A stretch of DNA of 62,647 nt, counting the filler, from an uncultured bacterium (GTDB lineage: Bacteria; AUK180): the NCBI GenBank assembly GCA_937863565.1. It is 6 parts of 6 records of this genome, joined end to end, with 100 filler letters (N's around TTAATTAATTAA, not from the genome) between each part and the next. Parts side by side here need not be neighbours in the genome. Positions count along the whole stretch, not along the records: positions 37,989 to 52,136 come from CALMGJ010000016.1; 5 more parts are not named here. One strand, written 5' to 3'. The position numbers were made by a program, and so were the translations under genes. Every line of letters starts with the position of its first letter. Position 1 is the first letter of the stretch. The notes under the pieces were generated by a model. The model had not been told where the DNA came from. It saw only the letters and a list, made by a program, of their open reading frames with translations, and did not search any database. This document shows positions 38,747 through 48,583 of this stretch, one piece after another.

Positions 38747-40682
38747 AAAGTTCTCGAAAATAGAACTCATAGGGCTGAAATCAGAGAAGGTGAGGATCAT
38801 GGAGACCCTGATGGATCTCGGAGTTGTACATCCCATCGAAAGCGAGGAGCAGTTCACTGAAACCGGAGATGAGAAGCTCCTGGATACGCTGAGCAAACTC
38901 GAGGCCATTTACGAGAATGTGAAACCGTTTGCCGAAGGCGGCTCACCGCTTGCCGGGGAAAAGATCATCGTTGCCAAAAGCGAAATGAAAGCAAATATCA
39001 TGACGCCTTCGGAGATCGACGGTCTTTTCGAGAAGATAAAAGAACATCTGAACGAGGAAAGGGCAAAAGCTGTTGAGATCAATACGCTGAGGCACTATAT
39101 CGAAAATCTTACTCCTTTTTGCGAACTTACATTTCCTCTTGAGAATATAGGGAACACCTTGAACACGACCTCGAAGGTCTTCAGTTCCGGCTCCCGGACG
39201 GATGAACTGAAGACGGCGCTTGAGAATATCCCAGCTTCCCTGCTTATAAAAACGGGAACGAGCCAGTTCAAGGACAATTTCATCTTCATATGCGAGAATT
39301 CCGCGAAAAAGCCGGCGGAAGAGATCATGTCCAAATTCGAAGTGGAATATGCCGATATAAAGAATTTAAAGGGCATACCCTGCGAGGAAATGGAAAAAGC
39401 CCGAAAGACAGCGGATGAACTTACAGCCGCGCTTGAAGAAGAAAAGGATGTTCTGAAGAAATATGCCGACTCGCTGGACCGCGTGAAAAAAGCTATAGAT
39501 CATTACGAGAACGAGAACAGGAAACTTTCGATACTTGCCGGCCTGCCGCAAAGCGGATCGACTTTCTATATCAAGGGCTGGGTGCCCGGGGATCAAGCGG
39601 CAAAGACCGAAAAAGCCCTGGCCGATAAGTACGGCGACAGCATCTTCGTCAGATTCTCCGATCCCGAACCCGGGGAAGATATCCCTGTGGCGTATAAGAA
39701 CTCGGCTTTCGTTGAATTCTACGAATCGATCACGGATATGTATTCAAAACCCGCTTACGGAGAAATGGACCCGACCCCTTATCTTGCGCTTTTCTTCACC
39801 TTCTTCTTCGGGTTCTGCCTGACCGATGCGGGATATGGGCTTTTGATCACGCTAGGCGCCGGTTTCATCATATTCAATAAAAGAACAAAAAAGCTTCTCG
39901 GCAACGGGATAAAAACAATATATGTATTCTTCTTCTCAGGCATCCTTGCCATTGTTATGGGAGTGATAACGGGAAGCTTCTTCGGCATAACCCTGCCTGA
40001 GGCGGTAAGGACGGTCGTGCCGCTCGATCTGAGCATAGACAATCTCGGACAGACGGCCATACCCTTTTTGAAACTTTCGATCTACATAGGCGCGCTCCAG
40101 GTGGCCGTGGGGTATACGGTCAATATCATCAATCAGATCAAAAAAGGCAATACCGTGATGGGGCTTCTCCAGAATGTGCCCTATCTCGTGATGATCATAT
40201 CAGGAATAAAACTCGTGGCCCTCGTTATGGGTTCCAAGGTGAACGCGTCGATCTGGGCTCCGCTTTTTCTGGGCGCAGTGCTGTGCAACCTGCTCTTCGC
40301 GGCTCCCGAATCCAAGGGCATCAAAAGGTTGATGAAGGGCGCCTATTCGGCCCTTTTCGGTATCACGGGGCTTTTGGGGGATATACTCTCCTATATGAGG
40401 CTTTTCGCCCTCGGGCTCTCTACCGGCATACTGATCTTTGTTATCAATACCGTTGCGGGAGTGCTCGTTGAACTGCTCGGCATTTGGGGATACATTCCCG
40501 CCGTTATCCTGATCGTAGTATCTCACTCGATCAATCTTGCTTTGAACATGCTCGGTGCATTCGTGCATTCGCTGAGGCTCCAGTTCGTTGAATTCTTCCA
40601 GAAATTCTACGAGGGCGGCGGCGAATCATACGAACCGATAAGGAACGATTACAGATTCATCGTTATGGATGATAATAAATAG
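38736..40682 (+). CDS. ntpI: V/A-type ATPase subunit I (a)
   Basis: GWVP, MY..P.Y.E.DPT, DAGYG, GDILSYMRLFALGL, HSLRLQFVEFF.KFY. Confidence 0.95.
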   Translation: MAIRKFSKIELIGLKSEKVRIMETLMDLGVVHPIESEEQFTETGDEKLLDTLSKLEAIYENVKPFAEGGSPLAGEKIIVAKSEMKANIMTPSEIDGLFEKIKEHLNEERAKAVEINTLRHYIENLTPFCELTFPLENIGNTLNTTSKVFSSGSRTDELKTALENIPASLLIKTGTSQFKDNFIFICENSAKKPAEEIMSKFEVEYADIKNLKGIPCEEMEKARKTADELTAALEEEKDVLKKYADSLDRVKKAIDHYENENRKLSILAGLPQSGSTFYIKGWVPGDQAAKTEKALADKYGDSIFVRFSDPEPGEDIPVAYKNSAFVEFYESITDMYSKPAYGEMDPTPYLALFFTFFFGFCLTDAGYGLLITLGAGFIIFNKRTKKLLGNGIKTIYVFFFSGILAIVMGVITGSFFGITLPEAVRTVVPLDLSIDNLGQTAIPFLKLSIYIGALQVAVGYTVNIINQIKKGNTVMGLLQNVPYLVMIISGIKLVALVMGSKVNASIWAPLFLGAVLCNLLFAAPESKGIKRLMKGAYSALFGITGLLGDILSYMRLFALGLSTGILIFVINTVAGVLVELLGIWGYIPAVILIVVSHSINLALNMLGAFVHSLRLQFVEFFQKFYEGGGESYEPIRNDYRFIVMDDNK

Positions 40683-40690
40683 GAGGCTTT

Positions 40691-41176
40691 ATGGCAATAG
40701 ATGTTGTATGGGCTTTGGCCGGTATCTTTTGCGCGGTAGTGCTGGCCGGCATCGGTTCAGCCAGAGGCGTCGGCCTGGCGGGTCAGGCGGCCGCGGGCGG
40801 CATGAGTGAAACGCCGCAGAACTTCGGTAAATACCTGATCCTTGTCGCCCTTCCGGGAACTCAGGGCATCTACGGTTTCGCGATAGCGTTCTTGTTCTTC
40901 CTGCGCCTTAATGCTGTCAAATTCATGCTGGCGCCCGGCACGGGGCTCTATTTTCTGCTGGGATCGCTTCCCGTCGCGCTCGGCGGCCTCGTATCCGGCA
41001 TATTCCAGGGTATGACATGCGCATCGGCGATCATGATGACCGGGAAGCAGCCGAAGGAATCGACAAAGGGACTCATCTTCGCCGTCATCATAGAGTTCTA
41101 CGCGATCCTCGGTTTTGTTATCTCGTTCTTCGTGTGGCTGTGGCTCCTCCAGAGCGACGCTATCCTTCCCAAATAA
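40691..41176 (+). CDS. ntpK: V/A-type ATPase subunit K (c), 4-TM, Na+-type signature
   Basis: GIGSARG, LPGTQGIYG, SGIFQG, IIEFYAILG. Confidence 0.95.
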   Translation: MAIDVVWALAGIFCAVVLAGIGSARGVGLAGQAAAGGMSETPQNFGKYLILVALPGTQGIYGFAIAFLFFLRLNAVKFMLAPGTGLYFLLGSLPVALGGLVSGIFQGMTCASAIMMTGKQPKESTKGLIFAVIIEFYAILGFVISFFVWLWLLQSDAILPK

Positions 41177-41188
41177 TAAAGGGGTTCT

Positions 41189-41770
41189 ATGTCACTTGAA
41201 GAAATAATCAAGAAGATAGAGACGGATTACGCCGAAAGGGAGAAACAGCTCCGCGAAAAAGCCCAATCCGATTACCTTGAGAAGCTCGAAACCGCGAGAA
41301 AGAAGTTACAGGCGAAATTCGAAAATGACAGGGAACACGCCGATACCGAGCTCAAGGCAAAGTACGGAAGAATGTACATGTCGCGCAATTCCGCTTTGAA
41401 GCTTGAAATAAACAAGTTCAAGAGCGATCATATCGAGAGGATCTTCGATGATCTTCACGGGTACATCAGCGGCCTTTCCGAAAAGGAGTATTCCGGCATC
41501 TACCTTCATTTTGCCGACGACCCCGCCATCAAGAACATCACGAGATGCAGGCTCGGGAAAAAGGAAGGGAAACTCGGCAAGGAGTTCTTCCTTGCGCTTA
41601 AGAAGAAGACCGGCGCAGAGATCAAGGATACTGAGAAGGCCGAGGATTTCGATCTGGGCATCGTCTTGAGCGGCAAGGATTTTGATATCAACCTCTCCCT
41701 TGAAGAGATCGTAAAGAAAGTAAGGGAAGCCCGGTTCACCGAGATCGTGAAGAAGATATTCAATGAGTGA
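41189..41770 (+). CDS. ntpE: V/A-type ATPase subunit E
   Basis: MSLEEIIKKI coiled coil, C-terminal G.VL...DINLS; operon position. Confidence 0.85.
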   Translation: MSLEEIIKKIETDYAEREKQLREKAQSDYLEKLETARKKLQAKFENDREHADTELKAKYGRMYMSRNSALKLEINKFKSDHIERIFDDLHGYISGLSEKEYSGIYLHFADDPAIKNITRCRLGKKEGKLGKEFFLALKKKTGAEIKDTEKAEDFDLGIVLSGKDFDINLSLEEIVKKVREARFTEIVKKIFNE

Positions 41771-42761
41771 GAAGACCTTCTATCCTTACTTGAAATTCGA
41801 TCCCGCATACGCGTACGCGAGCGCGCGTGTACGAGCTCTGGAGGCGAGATTCCTGGATGCCGCGAAGATCCGCAAACTCGTGATATCCAAGGATGTGAAA
41901 CACTTCATCGGGGAGATGTCGGATTCTCCGTATAAGAAGTACATCGATAAACTCGAGAAGCATCTTGAATTCGAGGATATGCTTTTCTCCGTGTTCAAGG
42001 ATGTGATCGAAGAACTTTCGGAGCTTTCTTTGAACAAGGACCTCCGGGATTACTTCAATCTGTACTTTGACGTATATAATATCAAGATGATATTCAAATC
42101 GGATAGATTCCGACTATCTGCCGAAGAGAAGCTCTACGATTACGGCAATATCGGAAGAGCGGCCCTCAACCCGGACGGCTCTTTGGATATATCGAAGGTG
42201 CCGAAGCGTTTTCTGGGCCTTTTCGAGCAACTCAGGGCCGCCGGCGAAAAGCAGAGGACCGAGCTCATAGTCAATGAGATAGTGGACGAGTTCTATTTTT
42301 CGGAGATAGCAAGATACGCGAAACTCTTGAAGTCGGACTTTCTGCTGAACCTCAATATGCATACGATAGAACTCACCAACGCGCAGACCCTTCTCCGTCA
42401 CAAACTGTACAATTTTCCGCATGTGCGTTTCATAAGCGGCGGCTTCACCTGCCTGTCAACGCTGGAGCGGATGAAGGAACATCCGTTCTCCGAGATCGTT
42501 AAATACTTCTCCCAGAAAGGATACTCGGAACTGTTCGAGAAAAGCCAGGATGATGCAAAAGTGATGCGCGATTTCATCCGGAATATACGGACTTTCACTC
42601 ATGATCTCATCTGGGAGACGCAGTACCTTCCGATGGGCATCGAAATACTGATAGTCTATTTTTACAGGAAGAGGGACGAACTGAGGACGCTGAGAAAGAT
42701 ATTCTTCGCGAAGCTCCGCAATATAGGAAAAGACGAACTTGTAGGAATCATATATGACTAA
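41763..42761 (+). CDS. ntpC: V/A-type ATPase subunit C (d)
   Basis: YAYASARVRALE, D.YNIK, G.E.L..Y..RK..E...LR.I. Confidence 0.9.
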   Translation: MSEKTFYPYLKFDPAYAYASARVRALEARFLDAAKIRKLVISKDVKHFIGEMSDSPYKKYIDKLEKHLEFEDMLFSVFKDVIEELSELSLNKDLRDYFNLYFDVYNIKMIFKSDRFRLSAEEKLYDYGNIGRAALNPDGSLDISKVPKRFLGLFEQLRAAGEKQRTELIVNEIVDEFYFSEIARYAKLLKSDFLLNLNMHTIELTNAQTLLRHKLYNFPHVRFISGGFTCLSTLERMKEHPFSEIVKYFSQKGYSELFEKSQDDAKVMRDFIRNIRTFTHDLIWETQYLPMGIEILIVYFYRKRDELRTLRKIFFAKLRNIGKDELVGIIYD

Positions 42762-43065
42762 GATAGCGATAGTGGGCGACAGGGAGACCGTATTCCCGTT
42801 CCAGGCAGTAGGCTTCGATATAGTGATCGCCGACGCTTCGGACATAAAGGATAAATTCAGGGATATACTGACCTCGGATAAGGCAGTGATATTCATCACT
42901 GAAGATCTGGCGATACATGTTGAAAAGGAACTTGAAGTATCGATGAAAAAGCCGTTCCCGATAGTCACGCTCATTCCGTCCATCTCGCAGGAACAGGGTT
43001 CCCGGGAGGACATTCTGCGTCTCATTGAAAAAATAGTGGGACCGAACATAATGAAAGAGGAATAG
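42754..43065 (+). CDS. ntpF: V/A-type ATPase subunit F
   Basis: KIAIVGDRETV..F..VG, IFITE, P....IP, IEKIVG. Confidence 0.93.
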   Translation: MTKIAIVGDRETVFPFQAVGFDIVIADASDIKDKFRDILTSDKAVIFITEDLAIHVEKELEVSMKKPFPIVTLIPSISQEQGSREDILRLIEKIVGPNIMKEE

Positions 43066-43068
43066 AAT

Positions 43069-44844
43069 ATGAAAGATAAGATGATCGAAGGCAAGATCGT
43101 GAAGATCTCAGGACCCCTTGTCGTTGCGGGGGGGATGGGTAATGTAAACATGTTCGATGTCGTGAAGGTCGGCGAACTGGGCCTGATTGGCGAGATCATA
43201 GAGATACACGGAGACAATGCCTATATACAGGTTTACGAGGAGACCGGCGGCATCGGGCCGGGCGAGAAGGTCGTATCGACAGGAGAACCTCTCTCCGTCG
43301 AGCTTGGGCCCGGACTCATTGGAACGATATTCGACGGCATTCAGAGGCCCCTCAAGGAGATCGCCGTGAAAGCGGGGAATTTCATACCCAGAGGCCTTGA
43401 TATCCCGCATCTTGACAGGAATAAAAAGTGGGATTTCAAACCCGTGCTCAAGGCCGGCGCCGAAGTTAAGGCGGGCTTTGTTCTCGGAACGGTTGACGAG
43501 AATGAGAATATCGTTCACAAGATAATGGTCCCGCCCAATATCGATTCGGCAAAGATCAAGAAAATAGAGAGCGGGAGCTTCACGGTGACCGATACCGTCT
43601 GCCTGCTCGAAACGAAAAAAGGCGAAACGGAAGTGAAGCTCATGCATAAATGGCCGGTGAGAATAGGCAGGCCTTATCTAAGAAAGAACGCACCGACACG
43701 TCAGCTGAAATCCGGCCAGAGGGTCGTGGACGCGATGTTCCCGATCGCCAAAGGCGGCACCGCCTGCGTGCCGGGGCCTTTTGGTTCGGGGAAGACGGTT
43801 ATCCAGCATCAGCTCGCCAAATGGGCCGATGCAAAGATCATCGTTTATATAGGCTGCGGCGAGCGCGGGAACGAGATGACGGATGTTTTAAATGAACTTC
43901 CGCACCTCAAGGACCCGTATACCGGGAAAACGCTGATGGAAAGGACCGTGCTCATCGCCAATACTTCAAATATGCCGGTTGCGGCCCGCGAAGCCTCGAT
44001 CTTCACCGGGATCACGATAGCCGAGTATTACAGGGACATGGGCTACGATATTGCTCTCATGGCGGATTCAACTTCGCGGTGGGCCGAGGCCTTAAGAGAG
44101 ATCTCGGGCCGTTTAGAGGAAATGCCCGGAGAGGAAGGATATCCGGCTTATCTCGGTACGAGGATCGCGAGTTTCTACGAAAGGGCCGGAGATGTGGTCT
44201 GCATTTCGGAAGATGAAAGGCAGGGCACGCTTTCCGTTATCGGCGCGGTCTCGCCTCCGGGCGGCGACCTGTCCGATCCGGTCGTCCAGGCCACGCTCAA
44301 AGTCGTTAAGGTCTTCTGGTCGCTTGAATCCCAGTTGGCATACAGAAGGCATTTCCCTGCAATATCCTGGCTTAATTCATACTCGCTCTACTACGATAAC
44401 TTCAGGGAAGAGATCGAGAAAAAGATGGGAACCATATGGACCGAAATGAGAAGGGAAACGTTCAGGCTCCTTCAGATAGAGAACGATCTTATCGAGATCG
44501 TGCGCCTCGTCGGCATCGAATCCCTCTCTCAAAAAGACAGACTTACCCTTGAAGTATCCCGGCTGATCCGCGAGGATTTCCTTCATCAGAACGCGTTCTC
44601 GGATATCGATACATACACGTCCGAACGCAAGATGTTCCTGATGCTTGATACGATACTTCAGATGAATGAAAAGGGAAGAGCGGCCATCGACCGCGGAATG
44701 AAAACGGAAGATGTGTTCAAGATCCCTGCAGTGGAGAAGATCGCCAGAATGAAGTATGTTCCGGAGAACGAACTCAAACAGATAGAAAGCATCAAGGACG
44801 ATATCAAAGGCGAGCTGGACAGGCTCGAGAGAACGGAGGCATAA
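43069..44844 (+). CDS. ntpA: V/A-type ATPase subunit A
   Basis: GPFGSGKT, GCGERGNE, ANTSNMPVAARE, MPGEEGYPAYL. Confidence 0.98.
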   Translation: MKDKMIEGKIVKISGPLVVAGGMGNVNMFDVVKVGELGLIGEIIEIHGDNAYIQVYEETGGIGPGEKVVSTGEPLSVELGPGLIGTIFDGIQRPLKEIAVKAGNFIPRGLDIPHLDRNKKWDFKPVLKAGAEVKAGFVLGTVDENENIVHKIMVPPNIDSAKIKKIESGSFTVTDTVCLLETKKGETEVKLMHKWPVRIGRPYLRKNAPTRQLKSGQRVVDAMFPIAKGGTACVPGPFGSGKTVIQHQLAKWADAKIIVYIGCGERGNEMTDVLNELPHLKDPYTGKTLMERTVLIANTSNMPVAAREASIFTGITIAEYYRDMGYDIALMADSTSRWAEALREISGRLEEMPGEEGYPAYLGTRIASFYERAGDVVCISEDERQGTLSVIGAVSPPGGDLSDPVVQATLKVVKVFWSLESQLAYRRHFPAISWLNSYSLYYDNFREEIEKKMGTIWTEMRRETFRLLQIENDLIEIVRLVGIESLSQKDRLTLEVSRLIREDFLHQNAFSDIDTYTSERKMFLMLDTILQMNEKGRAAIDRGMKTEDVFKIPAVEKIARMKYVPENELKQIESIKDDIKGELDRLERTEA

Positions 44845-46266
44845 ATGACCAAGGAATATAAAACATCCGCGGAAATATCCGGACCGCTTCTGCTCGTTGA
44901 AAAAGTGGATAACGTGAAATTCGAGGAACTCGCCGAGATCGAGATGGACAACGGCGAAGTGAGAAGAGGTCAGGTGCTCGAGGTTGACGGAGACCGCGCT
45001 CTTATTCAGATATTCGAAGGCGCAAGCGGCATAAACCTGAAAAAAGTAAAGATCAGATTCAAAGGCAAAGGTATCGAGATACCTCTTTCACCGGATATGC
45101 TGGGCAGGGTTTTCGACGGCCAGGGAAGCCCTATAGACGGCGGCGGCGCGATCATACCTAAGGTTATACGCAATATAAACGGGAACCCGATCAATCCGTA
45201 CACGAGGGATTATCCTTCGGAGTTCATCCAGACGGGCATCTCCTCGATAGACGGGCTCAATACGCTCGTACGCGGGCAGAAACTTCCAATATTCTCGGCT
45301 TCGGGACTTCCCCATGCCCAACTTGCCGCGCAGATAGCAAGGCAGGCAAGAGTGCGCGGAAGCAAAGAGGATTTTGCTGTGGTGTTCGCCGCCATGGGCA
45401 TAACATTTGAAGAGGCCGACTATTTTATCTCCGATTTCAAAAAGACGGGAGCTATCGAGAGGGCAGTCCTTTTCATCAACCTTGCCGACGACCCCGCCAT
45501 CGAAAGGATCGCAATACCGAGAATGGCCTTGACCACCGCCGAATATCTTGCTTACGAATGCGATATGCACGTTCTGGTCATCATGACGGACCTCACGAAC
45601 TACTGCGAGGCTTTAAGGGAGATCTCGGCCGCGCGGAAAGAGGTGCCGGGGAGAAGGGGATATCCGGGATATCTATACACCGACCTTTCCACGATATATG
45701 AAAGAGCCGGAAGGATCAAGGGAAAGAAGGGTTCCATTACTCAGATCCCCATACTAACTATGCCCGAAGACGATAAGACCCATCCCGTTCCGGACCTTAC
45801 GGGCTATATCACGGAAGGACAGGTGATCCTTTCCAGAGCTCTTCTCAAGAAGGGCATCTACCCGCCCGTTGACGTACAGGCATCGCTTTCAAGACTGAAG
45901 GACAAGGGCATCGGGAAGGACAGGACGAGGGAGGACCACGCGGACGTGTTCAATCAGCTCTTTGCCATGTACGCCCTGGGCCTTGAAGCGAGGGAACTGG
46001 CCGTGATACTTGGGGAGGGCGCCCTTTCGGAAAAAGACAAGCTCTACCTCGAATTCGCGGACAGCTTCGACAAACACTATATAAATCAGGGAGAGGACGA
46101 GAACAGGAATATCGAATTCACTCTCAACTTGGGGTGGAAACTTCTCGGTATCTTCGATAAAGCGGAACTGAAGAGGATCAAGGACCAGTTCATAGACACT
46201 TACTACAAGAGCGAGCAGGTGGAGAAACTTCAGTTCAAAGCCGCTGATTTCGATCAGGAACTGTAA
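44845..46266 (+). CDS. ntpB: V/A-type ATPase subunit B
   Basis: [37 protein letters not shown]. Confidence 0.98.
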   Translation: MTKEYKTSAEISGPLLLVEKVDNVKFEELAEIEMDNGEVRRGQVLEVDGDRALIQIFEGASGINLKKVKIRFKGKGIEIPLSPDMLGRVFDGQGSPIDGGGAIIPKVIRNINGNPINPYTRDYPSEFIQTGISSIDGLNTLVRGQKLPIFSASGLPHAQLAAQIARQARVRGSKEDFAVVFAAMGITFEEADYFISDFKKTGAIERAVLFINLADDPAIERIAIPRMALTTAEYLAYECDMHVLVIMTDLTNYCEALREISAARKEVPGRRGYPGYLYTDLSTIYERAGRIKGKKGSITQIPILTMPEDDKTHPVPDLTGYITEGQVILSRALLKKGIYPPVDVQASLSRLKDKGIGKDRTREDHADVFNQLFAMYALGLEARELAVILGEGALSEKDKLYLEFADSFDKHYINQGEDENRNIEFTLNLGWKLLGIFDKAELKRIKDQFIDTYYKSEQVEKLQFKAADFDQEL

Positions 46267-46275
46267 GGGAACAAG

Positions 46276-46905
46276 ATGGCGGTACAGATCAGCGCAACGC
46301 GCATGAACCTTCTTAACTTCAAAAGGAAGCTCAAGATAGCGAAAAAGGGGCACAAACTTCTGAAGGACAAACTTGAAGAACTGATAAGGCAGTTCATTCT
46401 TCTAATAAAGGAATACAAGAAGAAGCGAGGCGATATCGAGACCGATCTCAAGGCCGCCTACAGGCAGATGTATATGGCGCAGATCAATATGTCCTCCCTG
46501 GATTTCAACGAGTTCATTTATTCGTCGCCGGTTGAACCGGAGTTAAAGATCACAAAAAAGAATATCATGAACATTGAATTCCCTCAGCTTGAAGTTGAAA
46601 TGAAAGGGAACCCTTATTCATATTCGATCCCGATGACTAATATCTATCTTGACGAAGCGGTAACGGAGTATATGAGGCTCGTAAAGAAGATGCTGGAACT
46701 CTCCTCGATTGAAAAGGGCATTTATCTTCTTGCCGATGAGATAGAGAAGACAAGAAGAAGGGTGAACTCGCTCGAGTATATACTGATCCCTGATTTCGAA
46801 CAGGCGATAAAATTCATCTCGATGAAACTCGACGAAAGAGCAAGATCAGTGCTTACCCAATTGATGAAAATAAAAGACATGCTTGAAAAGAAGGAGAAAA
46901 GATGA
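46276..46905 (+). CDS. ntpD: V/A-type ATPase subunit D
   Basis: TRMNL, GHKLLKDK, EIEKTRRRVNSLE. Confidence 0.96.
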   Translation: MAVQISATRMNLLNFKRKLKIAKKGHKLLKDKLEELIRQFILLIKEYKKKRGDIETDLKAAYRQMYMAQINMSSLDFNEFIYSSPVEPELKITKKNIMNIEFPQLEVEMKGNPYSYSIPMTNIYLDEAVTEYMRLVKKMLELSSIEKGIYLLADEIEKTRRRVNSLEYILIPDFEQAIKFISMKLDERARSVLTQLMKIKDMLEKKEKR

Positions 46906-47909
46906 AACTTCCCAAGGAAAGAGAGATAATACCCATTGCACCGCTAAAATATATCGATCTTGAAGCGATATTCAACCATTACCTCACCGAGAGGCTTGCT
47001 AAGATCAACGGGTACATCTCCGTGACATATCCGGATGAGCAGGCTTTCCTGTTCCTGAAAAAAGGCGAACTGTTCAGCTCCGGCCGTATAACGGGGAATG
47101 AATTCCAGAAAACATCGATGATGAGCGTCTTGAAGAAGATGAAGTCATTCCAGAAGAAAGAAGAGGCCGCATCGTTATCCTTCTGCGAGATGGACGAGAA
47201 TTTGTTCAAATGCCTTCTTAATAAATTCTATGTGGAACCTAAATACCGCAACCTCAATACGAAATTCACGGATGTGAAAAAACTCTTCGATACGATACTT
47301 AAGATGAAATACAACGGATTCATTGAGTTCATATACAAGAACTCGATCAATTTCATCATCGTCGAGAACGGAGAACTTTCCCATGTCTATTTTTGCGATG
47401 AGCTGCAGCCATACCTTGAAGAAGCGCTGAAAAGCAATGATATTTCCATCCTTCTTTCTACACTCGTGCACCTTTTCGACAAGGAGGAAGCGGGAGGATA
47501 TATTAATGTGTTCAATAAAGCCACAGATGTTCCTGCCCAGTTATCGCCCTATATCGTGGATCTTATGGAAAAGATCATAATGAAAACGGTGGAAGTGATC
47601 GGCAAGGAACATTCAGCCGTTAACCTGATCAAGTATTTTGAGGGAGGGCTCGATAAAGTAGCCGCCAAATATCCCGAGATCAAAAATGCCAAGATAAAGA
47701 AGGACGACGCTGACCTTTCGGGAGTGGAACTCCCCATGGAGGATTTCGTTGTTGCCGTTGCCATGCTGTTCAATGAATTCATAGATAAACTCAATCTGGT
47801 CTTCCCCGGCACAGCCGTGATGAAGATCTTCGATACCCTTAAGGATTTCCGTTTCGTTCTGGAGAATGCCAAATTTTTCGAGAAATCGTATATGAAATCG
47901 CTGCTGTAA
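46902..47909 (+). CDS. Hypothetical protein with an internally duplicated domain
   Basis: 4-nt overlap with ntpD; NGYISVTY...FLFLKKGEL and NGFIEFIY...FIIVENGEL are two related segments. Confidence 0.8.
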   Translation: MKLPKEREIIPIAPLKYIDLEAIFNHYLTERLAKINGYISVTYPDEQAFLFLKKGELFSSGRITGNEFQKTSMMSVLKKMKSFQKKEEAASLSFCEMDENLFKCLLNKFYVEPKYRNLNTKFTDVKKLFDTILKMKYNGFIEFIYKNSINFIIVENGELSHVYFCDELQPYLEEALKSNDISILLSTLVHLFDKEEAGGYINVFNKATDVPAQLSPYIVDLMEKIIMKTVEVIGKEHSAVNLIKYFEGGLDKVAAKYPEIKNAKIKKDDADLSGVELPMEDFVVAVAMLFNEFIDKLNLVFPGTAVMKIFDTLKDFRFVLENAKFFEKSYMKSLL

Positions 47910-47915
47910 TAAAAT

Positions 47916-48086
47916 TATTGCACAGTTAACGGGTTAACGGGTTAACGGGTTATGAAGAGAATTATTAATTTATTGGAATTAACGAGTCGGCATAAAAGTG
48001 CCTTCGGGGTAACGGGTTGAAAGGTCGGTAGGAGGTTTGTCTAAGAGTTAACGGGTATGAAGAACGGATGGACGGTAAAAGGGTTA
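47916..48086 (+). repeat. Left flank (GTTAACGG)n of the four-helix-bundle gene
   Basis: CACAGTTAACGGGTTAACGGGTTAACGGGTT plus degenerate copies near 47979, 48008, 48047 and 48075. Confidence 0.85.
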
Positions 48087-48088
48087 AA

Positions 48089-48478
48089 ATGAAAATAAAA
48101 AGATTTGAGGACCTTGATATCTGGAAGGCGAGTATTGAAATAACCAAAGAGATCTATGATATGACAGCTAGAAAGAATTTTTCAGTGGATTTTGAACTTA
48201 AAGGGCAAATAAAAAGAAGCGTGATTTCTATAAGCTCTAATATTGTTGAGGGATTTGAGAAGAATAATAATAATGAATTTATAAGATTTCTCAAGATATC
48301 AAAAGGCTCATCCGGTGAAGTGAGAAATCAACTGTATATCGCACTTGCCGTAAAATATATCACTGAAGATGAATTTATCGCTGTAAATAAAAAATTAGAA
48401 GACCTCGCAGGCCAGATAGGAAAATTTATTGTTTATCTGGAACAACAGAGAAAAAATGGGAATTTTAAAACTCGTTAA
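48089..48478 (+). CDS. Four-helix-bundle protein (23S rRNA intervening-sequence protein family, Avd-like fold)
   Basis: FEDLDIWK, DF.LK.QI.RS..SI.SNI.EG, EFIRFL.IS.GS..E...QLYIA. Confidence 0.93.
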   Translation: MKIKRFEDLDIWKASIEITKEIYDMTARKNFSVDFELKGQIKRSVISISSNIVEGFEKNNNNEFIRFLKISKGSSGEVRNQLYIALAVKYITEDEFIAVNKKLEDLAGQIGKFIVYLEQQRKNGNFKTR

Positions 48479-48493
48479 CTCGTTAACACGCAA
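48468..48493 (+). repeat. Right flank (CTCGTTAA)n, inverted relative to the left flank
   Basis: AAACTCGTTAACTCGTTAACACGCAA; it contains the gene's TAA stop. Confidence 0.85.
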
Positions 48494-48583
48494 TAAAATA
48501 ATAGCGTAGTTAAATTTGGATAAGTATGATGAGATATAGACGAAAGAAGATCAAGGTAAAAAAGGTGAAAAGGTAGATCGGTT

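Noticed and set aside
48089-48478. Diversity-generating retroelement or rRNA intervening sequence
   Set aside because: No reverse transcriptase, no TR/VR pair with A-specific mismatches and no rRNA sequence in the window.
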